Origin: Camelus ferus
Lineage: Eukaryota
Direction: 5' to 3'
Length of the DNA stretch: 64,000 nucleotides
Assembly: GCF_009834535.1 (NCBI RefSeq)
Contig: NC_045698.1
Coordinates: 10,790,001-10,854,000 of the forward strand
Both the position numbers and the translations under genes were made by a program. Positions 52,345 through 64,000 of the stretch are shown here, one piece after another. The notes under the pieces were generated by a model that saw nothing but the letters and a program-made list of their open reading frames with translations, made no database searches and had not been told where the DNA came from. The number at the start of each line of letters is the position of its first letter. Within the stretch, counting starts at the first letter, position 1.

Positions 52345-52775
52345 TCTTTTTTTGTTGAAATATAATTGATGTACAATATTATTTTCGTTTCAATTATACT
52401 ACTCAGTGATTTGACATTTGCATACATTATGAAATGATCACCACAATAATTCTAGTAACCATCTGTCCCCATACAAAGTTATTACCATATTATTGACTAT
52501 ATTCCTTATGCTGTATGTTACATCCCCATGTTTTATTTATTTTGTAGCTAGAATACCTCTTAATTCCCTTTACCTATTTCATGTATTTTTTTAAATTGAA
52601 GTATACTCAGTTACCAATGTGTCAATTTCTGGTGTACAGCATAATGTTTCAGTCATACATAGACAAACATATATTCATTTTCATATTCTTTTTCATTATA
52701 GGTTACTACAAGATACAGAATATATTTCTCTGTGCTAGACAGAAGAAATTTGTTTTTTATCTATTTTTTATTTTG
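52345..52775 (-). mobile_element. Two adjacent L1 3'-terminal fragments
   Basis: Two termini: gttgaaatataattgatgtaca (~52353) and aaattgaagtatactcagttac (~52593). Confidence 0.85.
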
Positions 52776-53469
52776 TATACGTTTGAATTGAAAATTGGAA
52801 TGTTAAACCAGGAACCCGTTGTGTTACTTGCTGTTGTACTGACTCAGGAGGTCACGGGTGAGACTTGAGATTCCTTGCTTTCTTCTTAGCTTTGAGGGAG
52901 ACTTCTTTTTCTATATAAGGAAACGTGTTTCCCAATGTGCCTCTTTGTCAACCCACTGTTCAGATTGACTTCTTGACATATTTGATAACTATGTTAAAAA
53001 AAAAAAAAAAGGAATTACTGTGCTTTTCAGTTTCCAGTGCTTGCTAAGAATGCATCAACTAATAATACAGCAGGACATACTGTGAGGAGGATTGTTAAAC
53101 AAAAAGCCTTTTTGCTCTCACAAAAGCAGAACTGCAGAGAATTCCACAATGGTCATTTAGTTGCCAAGGAATTTTAACAGTTTTTGGCATATTGTATTAC
53201 ATAGGCTGAGTCATTTTTAAAACTATTCAAATAGCAGATATTTATAGGCACCAAACTCTTGTTCAAATAATACTCAATTTGGATCTGTGTATATTACTGA
53301 CTATTCTTAAGTATCTATATATACATTCCTGAGCTATAATCTCAACCACGTAAAAAAGGCATAGAAAGCACTTTAAGGAAATTCACTGAAGTGTTGTTAT
53401 CTTGGCAGTTTGAGGTATAAAAAATTAACAATTTTTTTCCCCTGCATTATTACAGCAATTTTCCCTCTC

Positions 53470-54000
53470 TCTTAAGTGATACATTTCCTGGTGCTGTTCT
53501 GATCATTCTCATCAGAGTATAAACATGCTGGTGGAGCTCCTCTCGGCTGAAAAGCCTTGTTCTGACCTTATTTCCTACCTAGCGGTCACCCCGTTTTTCT
53601 GCTTCCTTTTGTATCAAAACCTTGGGAGAGCTGTCGAGGTACTTGCAGTCTCTGATAACCACTCTCCAAGTCTCTCTTAAATCTTCCTAATCAGGTTGCT
53701 TCACTGAATCTTTCTGGTCGAGGTCTCCCATGGCTCCAGGTTGCCAAGTCCACCAATCAGCTCTCCTTCCTCATCCTATTTGACCAATCAGCAGCGAGGG
53801 ACACGTCAGCCAACCCTCCTCCTTCACACACTCCTACAACCGCCCTTCCTGGTTTCTTCCGGCATCCCTGTCCTTTCCTAAGTCCTCCTTCCCTCCAGCC
53901 TTTCACAGTTGTAGGGCGCTTAGGCTCAGTCCTGCATCCTCTTCTCTATCTATATTCACTCCCTTGGTGGTTTCATGTGGTCGCCGTGTTTTAAACAAAG
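53470..54000 (+). mobile_element. L2 ORF2-region fragment
   Basis: caggttgccaagtccacc...cagtcctgcatcctcttctctatctatattcactcccttgg. Confidence 0.7.
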
Positions 54001-56169
54001 CTGTACCAGTTTCTAAGACTATTGTAGCAGATTACCACAAACTTGGTGATTTAAAAGCATTATTCTCTCTCAGTTCTGGAGGCTAGATGTCCGAAATCCA
54101 GCAGGACTGGAGGTAACAGCTCTCTGGGTGAAAAACTTGTAGATAACGCTCAGGAAGAAATAGACTCCCCCTATGAGAAGAGCTTTCTAAATCCTGACTC
54201 CAGGGGTCTCCAGAAGGTAAACATAATCAAAAGCAATTCGCTCCCATTTCTCCCCTTATTTTTGCAAGAACAGAAGAACCCAGAGCATGGGCTATGCAGG
54301 TAGGAGGGGCTTTATCTGCTGGGAGAGACTTCTAGACTCTGCTGCCCCAGCATCTAATTCTCTCTGAGGTTACCACCAGGTAATCCATTAGTGTTTTCAC
54401 TATGTGTACTCTTCAAAACTTTTTCATTGTAAAATGACTGTAACTCAATAAAAAAGTTAAAAAAAAAACCCAACTTTTTCATTTGCAACATTTTCTTTGA
54501 GTCTTATAATAGATTTACCTTGCAGTTGGTAGGACTGAGGATTTCTGTGGCATTCTCCAGACGGAAAATCTGAACTTCAGGGAGGTGAAGTCCTGTCCAG
54601 TCCAATAATAACAGGTCGAGCCAGACCCCAAGTTCTGACACAAGCCCACTGATCCTCCCTCTCCTAGGATGCTTGTTGCTTATTTATTTTGTTTTGAACC
54701 CGAACTCCATGAGTACTATTTCTGTGTTCAAATTGAGTTACAGTACATGTTTGCAAAAGGTTAGGGAAATTTTCATCTCCTTTCTCCACCCACCATATTT
54801 AAACTTGACAGTCCAGCTGTAACACATTTTACTCTTTATCAGCAGAAGCCTCTTTATTTTCTGTTTAAATCAAAACAAGGGTTCATCAAGTGAGTCTGCA
54901 ATAAGCATGCTGTAAATAAACAGCTGTAAAATGAAGATGTATTGAGTTGAGAACAGTGGGAAATTGATCTGACTGTATTTTATGAATTGTGCTAGAATTT
55001 TCAGCATGCGTTATAGAAATGATTTACAATTTCTTACACATCAGTGTAGAATAAGTCATTGAAGCAGGTTATTTGCTTGGATTTTCAGAGGGGTAGTAGT
55101 TCATCTGCTTGAGGTCTCAGAAATGAAGAACTTACGATTCAATTTTCTAGTGGTGAAGAGCACAGACTTTGGACTAAGACAGAACTGAACTTGCTGCTCA
55201 GCTGTACTATGAACAAACTATGACTCTCTAATACTTTACTTAATCCTCAGTTTCTCCATCTGTAAGATGGGGCTAATACCAGTACTTATCCTATAGGATT
55301 ATTAATATATAAAAAGAAAGTTCGGGTACAATTCAATGGTATTGAGGCCACGGACTTAGGATGCTGAATCCTGTCCTGGTTGGGATCCTTCCTGGCTCAC
55401 ACGTTTCCAGAAGGTTTATAAAAACCAAGAGGAAGAGCAGATGAGTGATTTTATGTTTTGGCCAGATTTTGTTTTGCTTTCATTAGGAGAATTAGTCCAA
55501 ATAACTTAGCCTGTAATTAGTTGAACCGAGTCTTAGTTGTGCTGGTTGTTTTGTAATTGATTTTGATGGAGTTACCTTTTTCTGAAGATGGACAGTAAAG
55601 CCAGTGAAACCCATGTTTACCCCTGCAGCTGTGTTTCTTTAGCTTTAAGATGAATTTCTTGGCCAGAGTCAACATTGTGTGGAATCCCACGTGATGGACA
55701 GAGCTCAGTAGGAACCTCTAAGTGCTTCTTCCCCCGCCCCCCCCCCCCCCCCCGTGGCCTGAAAACTTTGACCTACCATGGGGACTTGTCCTTCTGAAGT
55801 GTGGTGTCTTATTCCAGGCCTGGGCGGGAAAATCAGGAACTTGTAGTCACTGTAGCCAAGTTGGCTTTTGAGAGGAGCCTTTTGTTGTTATGAAGACCAT
55901 GCACAGTCCACTCTGCCGTCCTAGGTGCTTTGTTCATGAGTCCACTGAGGGAGGAAAGTGGCAAACATTTGCAGAGTCGTTCATCTTGGTGGATGAAGGC
56001 AGGTCTCTTTGCTGTAGACTAATGGAGTGAAGTGTTATAACAGTCTTTCTTAAAGATTTTTTAAACCTTTCTATTTAAGAGATTCCAGTTAGTAAAATGA
56101 CACATATTTGAAAAGTGTGTAGAATAATAAACTCTCCAGTTTTTGGTTTTAGTCCAGCTCCTGTCCTTC

Positions 56170-56620
56170 AGACCTGGAGTTCTGGCGATATCAGTTGTGG
56201 CCGGTTTCATTATAGGCCCCAGCAAGCACTTCGTCCTTCTCCGCATCCCTCATTCATCATGGTGGACAGTATTTCCTTCCCTCTTGACTCTCAGCTTGCC
56301 CACATGATTTTCACTGGCCAGTGGGTGGAAATGAAAGTGTGCCAGTCCCATCCTAGGCTTCAAGGGGCCTCATGCTTTCCCACTTTCCTTTCCACACCTC
56401 TACTGTGTTTTGAAGAGATCGTGTCCTGCTAGTCCACTGGTACCAGGAAGATGAGGGACGTGGGGAGCAGAGCCATTCCAACTGTGGGGCCACCCAAGTG
56501 AGCTTAGCTTACATCAGCACTCTCCCAACTGGCAGGGGGATGGATGAATGATACCACATGATTGTTTTAAGCTGCTGAGTTTTGCAGAAATGTCACACTA
56601 GTACAGAAATTAAGCAGAAC
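56170..56620 (+). mobile_element. Old MLT1 (I/J-like) LTR
   Basis: ggccagtgggtggaaatgaaagtgtgcc...gattgttttaagctgctgagttttg. Confidence 0.6.
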
Positions 56621-56649
56621 CTTAGTTGGCTCCATATATGTTTCATTCT

Positions 56650-58320
56650 CACAAACCTCATGTACTGGGGTGGAATCTCTTTAGGCATCATAGGGGTTCC
56701 CATCTCACCTGACTGCGTTCATGTGGATGTACAAGAATGAGTGCGTGTGTGTTCTTTTGACTCAAGTCTTATTTTCATCTCTCCTTTGCTTATAATCATT
56801 GCTGCTTGGGATCAGTCATCTCCAGCACCAGCCATCTCCATTGCTGTCAATAATCTCATTTTGATGACTTTTCTATTGTTGTTATATTCCGAGTCACATA
56901 CAGAGGGCTGCCCATTACCCATAGTCTCTTAACAGCTGGGAAGAGGAACAGGTGGCAGGGGTGGGTGGCAGCCTCTCTCCCACAGTCTTTGTTTTCTGTC
57001 TGCCTCCTGCATCAACCATCAGCCAGGATTTGATTCATTATCCAGTCACTAAAATTCGTCTTAGGTAAGCTTGCTCCATTGTAATGAACTTGGCTTGATC
57101 TGAATTTGTACTTTGTCCTCCTCGGATGAGCTTTTATAAATTCTGTAGCAGCATGTCCTCTCTCTAGTCTTCAACAATCTTCTTTATACCATACCTATGA
57201 TTTCTTTTGAGTATTATTCTCCTTTATCCAATTAAAAATTCATTCCTAAGCCTTATGCTGTGTCCGTATCCTCTTGGGCGTGGATAAGCCACAATAAGGC
57301 AGACTGACTCATTTGCTGATTCGTGGGGAATGTCTGGAGAATCCCATGATTTGGGGCTCTCCCAGTGTGAGACTATTGTTTTTGCCTTTTTCTTTTTACG
57401 TGAAACCCTGGACACACAGGAGTCCAAAAGACTATGATCATTAGTATCTCTTCATGATTGTCATCAACTTTTGGCCTTGGTTTGCTCCCCAGGGCTGTCC
57501 AGCTGAGCAGGAAACTTTTCCTGAAGCAGAGTTACACAATGGTCAGCTCCACGTCCTCATATACGTCCACTGGGCAACTTGGGACCAGCTCTCCTCTGGC
57601 AAGCAGTCTGATACTGTGGGAGGTGTCTTCCAGCCCTGATCGTTTGTGTTTCTTATTGCTTTTAAGTTGGCCCTTAACACAAGGGATTGGAAGGCACAGC
57701 TGTCGATTGCTTTGCGTGGTGAGGAGTGGACTGTCTGCTTTCCATGTAGGGAAGAGGAGAACCTCACAGCCCGCTCCTGTTTCAGGCCTTAATGTTCATT
57801 TTATATCTTCTTTGAAAAGTTGTTTAGAGTCTGCATCTTAGCAGTCTTTTCTGTGTCTTAAGGAACTGAAAATGACACACATAAGCTGCTTCCAGAAAAG
57901 GTTGTTTACTTTAAGAATATAAGCAGCCTCAAGTTGGAACAGGACACTTACTGGGAATTGCAGCCCTCTCGGGCCCCTGCTGGTCTTCTCGTCTCCTTCA
58001 TGGTTCACATGACCTTTTTTCTTGTGGCATCTCTATTTTCCCCCAGAGTCTGCTCTGTTTTCCATCTGCTGCCAACTAGCCAACCCTCTTCTTATACCAA
58101 CTAGCCAATCCTCTCCTTAACCTCTAATGAAAGTACAGTTGACTTGTTAACTACCATCAAAATGGTTCCCCTTATGCGAGGCCACCGCCTTGGTCTCTGG
58201 CCTGCCTCGGGTCAGACACTCACACCTGCTCCAAGCAGTGTCCCCCAAGTACGGACCAGTTTAACCTGGAATGGGGAGGAGAGAGTGGGGAAGCTTGGTG
58301 GGCATCACAAGGGACATGTC
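56650..58320 (-). mobile_element. Ancient MaLR/ERVL remnant: LTR (~57840-58320) plus internal gag-like sequence
   Basis: Minus strand 57068-57121 encodes GGQSTNSDQAKFITMEQA, resembling ERVL gag GGRNIKLDQAEFIDMG; MLT1-like LTR upstream on same strand. Confidence 0.55.
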
Positions 58321-58899
58321 CTCCACCCTTATGTCCCAACATGTTCCCAGAGTCACCTACATTCCCTAAATGAAGAATAAGAATGAAGACTATTTTCTGC
58401 GTTGGTGCATGGCCTGAAACATCCCCTCTGAGCATGACTGTTGGGGCAGCTGGCTTCATGCCTCACTGGCCTAGGGGTCAGTGGGGGCACTCTGACCGCT
58501 TTTCCTGGGCACTACAAGGCCATCGCTTCTGACATCGCACTGCTTTTCCTTACTTGATCTGGCCATTGATCCTGGCCCTCTCAGTTCTCTTAGCTAGTGA
58601 TCAAGACAGTGCTAATGAATCTATGCAATTTTTCTTGTCTACCTTTACTGCCCGAGACTGAGCGTCAAATCCATCATCAAGATGGATCCTGTGGGTAATC
58701 AAAGTAGGCAGTTCATTGATTCATTTTCACTCAGTGCATATTTAAAGAACACTTTGAACGGCATTGGGGGTTTACAGCAGTGAATGAAAGCCACCGTAAT
58801 CTATCAGAGAATAAAAATGCCAAGTATTTAAAAGGGTTGTGAGTGTTGTAGAGGTCAAATAATGGGTATTTCTATCAGAGAGGGAAGCATTTGGCAGCT

Positions 58900-59480
58900 G
58901 ATGCTCATTCATTCACTCATTTGTGCATTTATGAAAACGTATTCGCTGAACAGCTACTATGTGCTAAGCACTGATTGGGTTCTGGCATGTATTAATGAAC
59001 AAAATTTATGTTAAAACAAGAAAAACACGAACATTTCAAGGTGTGAATGAGTCTCATGAGGAAAGCAAGGTGAAGGGCAGGATAGTGATGGAGGCAAGAG
59101 GCCACTTTTCACGTGTGCCCACAGCAGGCTTCTCTGAAGATGGGAAAGTTGATGTAAGCCCTGGTTGAAGTGACGGAGGAAACCCTGTGAGTATCTGGGT
59201 GGAAGTATTCCAAACAGAGGGACTAGCAAGAACAAAATCCTGAGTCCGGAGTGTGCTCAGCACGTTTGAAGACAGCAAGGGGGCCAGTGCGGTGGAGTCG
59301 GGTGCCGAGAGGAAAAGGAGAAGAGGCAAGGTGTCCACCTGGAGACATTGTCTGGGACCAGATCCTGCAGGACCTCCTAAGCTGTGGGAAGGATGCTGTT
59401 CTAGTGAGACAGTTTTGAGCCGGCGAGTGACACAATCTGAGGTATGTTTTAGAAAGATCATCACAGCTATCTTGTGGAGA
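58900..59480 (-). mobile_element. L2 3' region
   Basis: cattcattcactcat tail, ctactatgtgctaagcactg, gtgacacaatctgaggtatgttttagaaagatca. Confidence 0.8.
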
Positions 59481-60632
59481 ACGCATTATACTCCTGAGTC
59501 AATTTACGGCTGTTTGTTTGAAGAAACTGTGCATTTTACTTACTGGCTTGCAAATCCGAATTATGATCTATGAACTGCAGAGTAGGCTTAGATCCACTTT
59601 TCTCTTAACCAGAAATTTTCTGAATTGCTATACCGAGGTGAAGGCAGATTTATTGGTGTGAAATAACTAAACCATGACAATTCCATTAGGAAGATCTGAT
59701 AGTATCTTTATAATGGCTGGGACTTTCTAAACATAAAAGGACAAAATGATATTACCCCCTTTTTCTACTAACTCATATGCTGTTTGGCTCCCATCTGTGA
59801 ACACTTTATTGGTTCTCTTGCTTATGAGGGTATCAAAGCAAGTCAGCTTCAGTTCTCATCAGTCATCCAGCCATATTCCATCCAGCAGGTCATGAAAAAA
59901 ATGAAACAACGGACCCAGGAGAAAAGAAGACTTCTACTGCATTTGCCCAGACAGCGTATGCTCTAGTTCAATGTAAAAAAAGTGGCTGGGGTTAAGGGCT
60001 GACTGTCCAGAGTGGGTCTTGACCATGTGCTAGGTGAAGAATCAGCAAAAAACAAGAGCGTTTTGCTGACTAAGCAAGTATTTTGTCAAAACCAAAGTGC
60101 TTTATGAAAAGCAGCAATTTTTTTTGAAAGGGCTGCCAAATGACATTTTGGGCAGACGCTATTAATTTTCTTTTGAATAATTCACTAAAGGAAGAGTCTT
60201 ACCGTCCTCAGTAAGTAATTTAACAAAATCCCAAGCAGCAAAGCCATGGACAATAAAGACCTATGCCGATTTAACAGCTCTTTAGATTGGGCCCTTTCTT
60301 TGGGTTTGGTGTATCCTGGAGGCATGGCTAAGTTCTACTGAAGGTTTTCTAGCATGGACTAGGTTGTATTTTGGTAGCATTCTTGAAGGATCGATGGTAA
60401 ACTTGGAAAGGATGATTGGATCAGATGCCTTCTAAAGTCTATTTCAATCCTGAGATTCAATGATTATAGGATAGAATCTTTCAAGTGCAGAGGTCTTGAG
60501 CTCTGCTTTCTATGATCTAATCTCTTGTGATTCAAAATTGATCTGTAGAACATCTTTTGAGTTTCTACATGAGTTAGAGAAAAGCAATTTTCCTTCTGAG
60601 AAAAGAATGCTTCCACCCTTGAATGTTTCATC

Positions 60633-60828
60633 TTTTTTTTTTAAATTTATAATTATTTTACAATGTTGTGTCAAATTCCAGTGTAGAGCACAATTTTTCA
60701 GTTATACATGAACATATATATATATTCATTGTCACATTTTTTTCTCTGTGAGCTATCGTAAGATCTTGTGTGTATTTCCCTGTGCTATACAGTATAATCT
60801 TGTTTATCTATTCTACAATTTTGAAATC
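60633..60828 (-). mobile_element. Very short young L1 3' end
   Basis: Same 3' UTR as copy at 9360 (gttgtgtcaaattccagtgtagagcac); TSD-like ca(t/c)ctttttt. Confidence 0.9.
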
Positions 60829-60889
60829 CACCTTTTTTTAATGATGGAGAAATATGCCTGTGAAAACCTTGTGAGACAGCAGCTGCCTG

Positions 60890-61084
60890 AAAAGACTGCA
60901 ATGACAAAACGTTCTGTATCTGTGCTGTTGCAGGTGATTGCCATTAGAAATGTAGGGATATTGAGCTTTTGAATGTGGCTTGTGGGATTGAGGAATGAAT
61001 TTTAGTTTTTATATAATTTAATTAATTTAAATTTAAGTGTACGTAGCCACAGGTAGTTGATGGCCCATCTATTGGACAGTACAG
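60890..61084. mobile_element. hAT-Charlie MITE (MER3-like)
   Basis: gttctgtatctgtgctg...aatttaattaatttaaatttaa...gtagccaca...tattggacagtacag. Confidence 0.7.
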
Positions 61085-61267
61085 TTCCAAGATAACCTGA
61101 AGAATTGTTCTATACTTAATAACACAGTAGGATTGAAAATTCAGACATTTCTATTTGCCCCTAAGACAAGTAAGCATGATTATTTACCCACATTTTAGCT
61201 CCAGTCCTGGTATGTATGTCTGCATGTACATATACACTACTCTCTTTCTGTCTCTCAATCATCTATT

Positions 61268-61276
61268 ATCTGTCTT

Positions 61277-61343
<67 letters not shown>
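61268..61343. repeat. (TCTG)n(TCTA)n tetranucleotide microsatellite
   Basis: Directly visible. Confidence 0.95.
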
Positions 61344-61346
<3 letters not shown>

Positions 61347-61477
61347 ATCTATCTATCTATCTAGTGTTTTCAATAGCACACTTTGTAACACATGGAGGGA
61401 AATGTGAAGGACTGGAGGACACAAAGAATATGATGAAGGTTCCTTGTGTGCATTTTAAAGATAAAATTATCATTTTT

Positions 61478-63332
61478 TAAGTGAGCTACCACAAGATCTT
61501 GTATATATTTCCCTGTGCTATACAGTATAATCTTGTTTATCTATTCTACATTTTGAAATCCCAGTCTGTTCCTTCCCAGCCCCCACCCATTGGCAACCAC
61601 AAGTTTGTACTCTATATCTATGAGTCTGTTTCTGTTTTGTATTTATTTATTTTTTTAAATTCCACATATGAGTGATCTCATATGGTATTTTTCTTTCTCT
61701 TTTTGGCTTACTTCACTTAGAATGACATTCTCCAGGGACATCCATGTTGCTGGAAATGGCATTATGTTGTCGTTTTTATGGCTGAATAGTATTCCATTGT
61801 ATAAATATATCACATCTTCTTTATCCAGTCACCTGTTGATGGACATTTAGGCTGTTTCCATGTCTTGGCTATTGTAAATAGTGCTACTATGAACATTGGG
61901 GTGCAGGTGTCTTTTTGAAGTAGGGTTCCTTCTGGATATTTGCCCAGGAGTGGGATTCCTGGGTCATATGGTAAGTCTATTCCTAGTCTTTTGAGGAATC
62001 TCCATACTGTTTTCCACAATGGTTGCACCAAACTGCACTCCCACCAACAGTGTAGGAGGGTTCCCTTTTCTCCACAGCCTCTCCAGCATTTTTTATTTGT
62101 GGACTTTTGAATGATGGCCATTTTGATTGGTGTGAGGTGATACCTCATTGTAGTTCTGATTTGCATTTCTCTGATAATTAGTGATATTGAGCATTTTTTC
62201 ATGTGCCTATTGATCATTTGTATGTCTTCCTTGGAGAATTGCTTGTTTAGGTCTTCTGCCCATTTTTGGATTGGGTTGTTTGGTTTTTTCTTATTATGTC
62301 GTATGAGCTGCTTATATATTCTGGAGCTCAAGCTTTTGTCAGTTTCATTTGCAAAAATTTTCTCCCATTCTTTAGGTTGTCGCTTTCTTTTACTTATGGT
62401 TTCCTTTGCTGTGCAGAAGCTTGTAAGTTTCATTAGGTCACATTTGTTTATTCTTGCTTTTATTTCTATTGCTTGGGTAGACTGTTCTAGGAGAACATTT
62501 TTGAGATGTATGTGAGATAATGTTTTGCCTATATTTTCTTCTAGGAGGTTTATTTTATCTTGTCTTATGTTTAAGTTTTTGATCCATTTTGAGTTTATCT
62601 TTGTGTATGGTGTAAGGGAATGTTCTAGCTTCTTTGATTTACATGCTGCTGTCCAGTTTTACCAACACCATTTGCTGAAGAGACTGTCTTTATTCCACTG
62701 TATATTCTTGTCTCCTTTGTCAAAGATTAGTTGACCAAAAGTTTGTGTATTCATTTCTGGGCTCTCTATTCTGTTCCATTGGTCCATGTGTCTGTTTTTG
62801 TACCAATACCATGCTGTTTTGATTACTGTAGCTCTATAGTATTGTCTGAATTCTGGGAGAGTTATTCCTCCAGCCTCTTTCTTTTTCTTCAGTAATGTTT
62901 TGGCAATTCTAGGTCTTTTGTGGTTCCATATAAATTTTATTATGATTTGTTCTAGTTCTGTGAAATATATCCTAGGTAATTTGATAGGGATTGCATTAAA
63001 TCTGTAGATTGCCTTGGGCATTGTGACCATTTTAACAATATTGGTTCTTCCAATCCAGGAGCATGGGATATCTTTCCATTTTTTTAAGTCTTCTTTAATT
63101 TCCTTAATCAGTGTTTTATAGTTTTCCATGTATAAGTCTTTCACCTACTTGGTTAGATTTATTCCTAGGTATTTTATTACTTTGGGTGCTATTTTAAAGG
63201 GAATTGTTTCTTGACTTTCTTTTTCTGTTGATTCATTATTAGTGTAAAGAAATGCAACTGATTTTTTAATGTTAATCTTGTATCCTGCTACCTTGCTGGA
63301 TTCTTTGATTATTTCTAGTAGTTTTTGTGTGG
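61478..63332 (-). mobile_element. Young L1, 5'- and 3'-truncated, ORF2 C-terminal third (interrupted)
   Basis: ORFs 62659-63144 ([12 protein letters not shown]...[15 protein letters not shown]) and 61810-62433 ([22 protein letters not shown] motif); perfect TSD taaaattatcattttt at 61462-61477 and 63333-63348. Confidence 0.98.
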
Positions 63333-64000
63333 TAAAATTATCATTTTTAAAGGGAAATACAAAAGAAAGTGGGCATAGAGTTGTGTAAGCAATCTACTTG
63401 TTTTGTTTTTAACACTTCATTAGGGCAAGTCAGCTTTAATGGTGCCTGGAAATTGACTTGGAAGATTGAAATCATATACTTCCTAGAAGCAATTCAAGAT
63501 CTCAAAGCAATAATTTCTAGGCCTTATGATCTTCACAGTACTTTGTGCTCTGTAACATATAGACAAAGATAAAGAAAAAGTGTTAACAACATTTGAGTCC
63601 TGTGTTCACTTTTCATAATTCTGGTGCTTTTTTCTAATGACTTTGAAGAATGAGAGCTTTTTTTTTTTTTTTGAATGTTATGTCCTGTTTTAATAGTGAA
63701 AACAAAGTGCAACCAAAACCAATGGAGAGAAATAATGAATAGACATTTGAGTACTTTAATTTGTATGATTTCTAAAAATAGCCTCAGTGCTAATAGAAGC
63801 ATGTCAAACTATTAAATGGTTCCAAATCCTTTAACAGTGGCGGAGAAAGATAAAGGGGCCCATGAGGGAGAAATTCAGAAGTGACCATCTGAATTTTCAA
63901 TACTGTCAAAAAATGAGAGCTTTTAAAGGGGGAAAAGATTGATGGCTGGAGTGGATTTTGATAAGAGCTTATAAGAGACTATTAGCTTAGTGGGTATAGA

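Noticed and set aside
55731..55753. Poly(C) tract as functional i-motif/G4
   Set aside because: Simple homopolymer with no supporting context; prone to slippage and sequencing error
57458..57841. 127-aa Ser-rich ORF
   Set aside because: Lies antisense within the probable MaLR/ERVL internal remnant; no ATG start
61810..63144. 207-aa and 161-aa ORFs as host genes
   Set aside because: They are L1 ORF2p C-terminal fragments; the element lacks EN and most of RT
1..64000. A novel multi-gene system (defence island, CRISPR array, operon)
   Set aside because: Mammalian repeat-rich non-coding DNA; no long ORFs other than L1 relics and no regularly spaced repeat-spacer array seen

Overview
Repeat-rich mammalian non-coding DNA (intergenic or deep intronic), most likely from a camelid. 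That is inferred from a Vic-1-like tRNA-derived SINE at 50637-50804 and the form of the young L1 3' UTRs. I find no intact host gene, RNA gene, CRISPR array or novel multi-gene system. The only recognisable proteins in the ORF track are decayed LINE-1 ORF2 C-terminal fragments; I also read one short ERVL/MaLR gag-like motif by hand. Most of the window is layered L1, L2, MIR, MaLR/ERVL/ERV1 LTRs and hAT/Tigger MITEs. The most informative signals are (1) retrotransposition footprints: two candidate 3' transductions, an internally primed tail-less L1 with a perfect 16-bp TSD, a twin-primed inversion, an L1-mobilised LTR 3' end and fold-back junctions; and (2) candidate regulatory or transcribed elements: a small CpG-rich NRF1/ETS promoter-like patch with a splice donor, a second CpG patch, a CTCF motif, an orphan 83-nt exon-like segment and a 48-nt hairpin. 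Repeat family names come from recalled consensus sequences, not a database search. Boundaries of old repeats are approximate.
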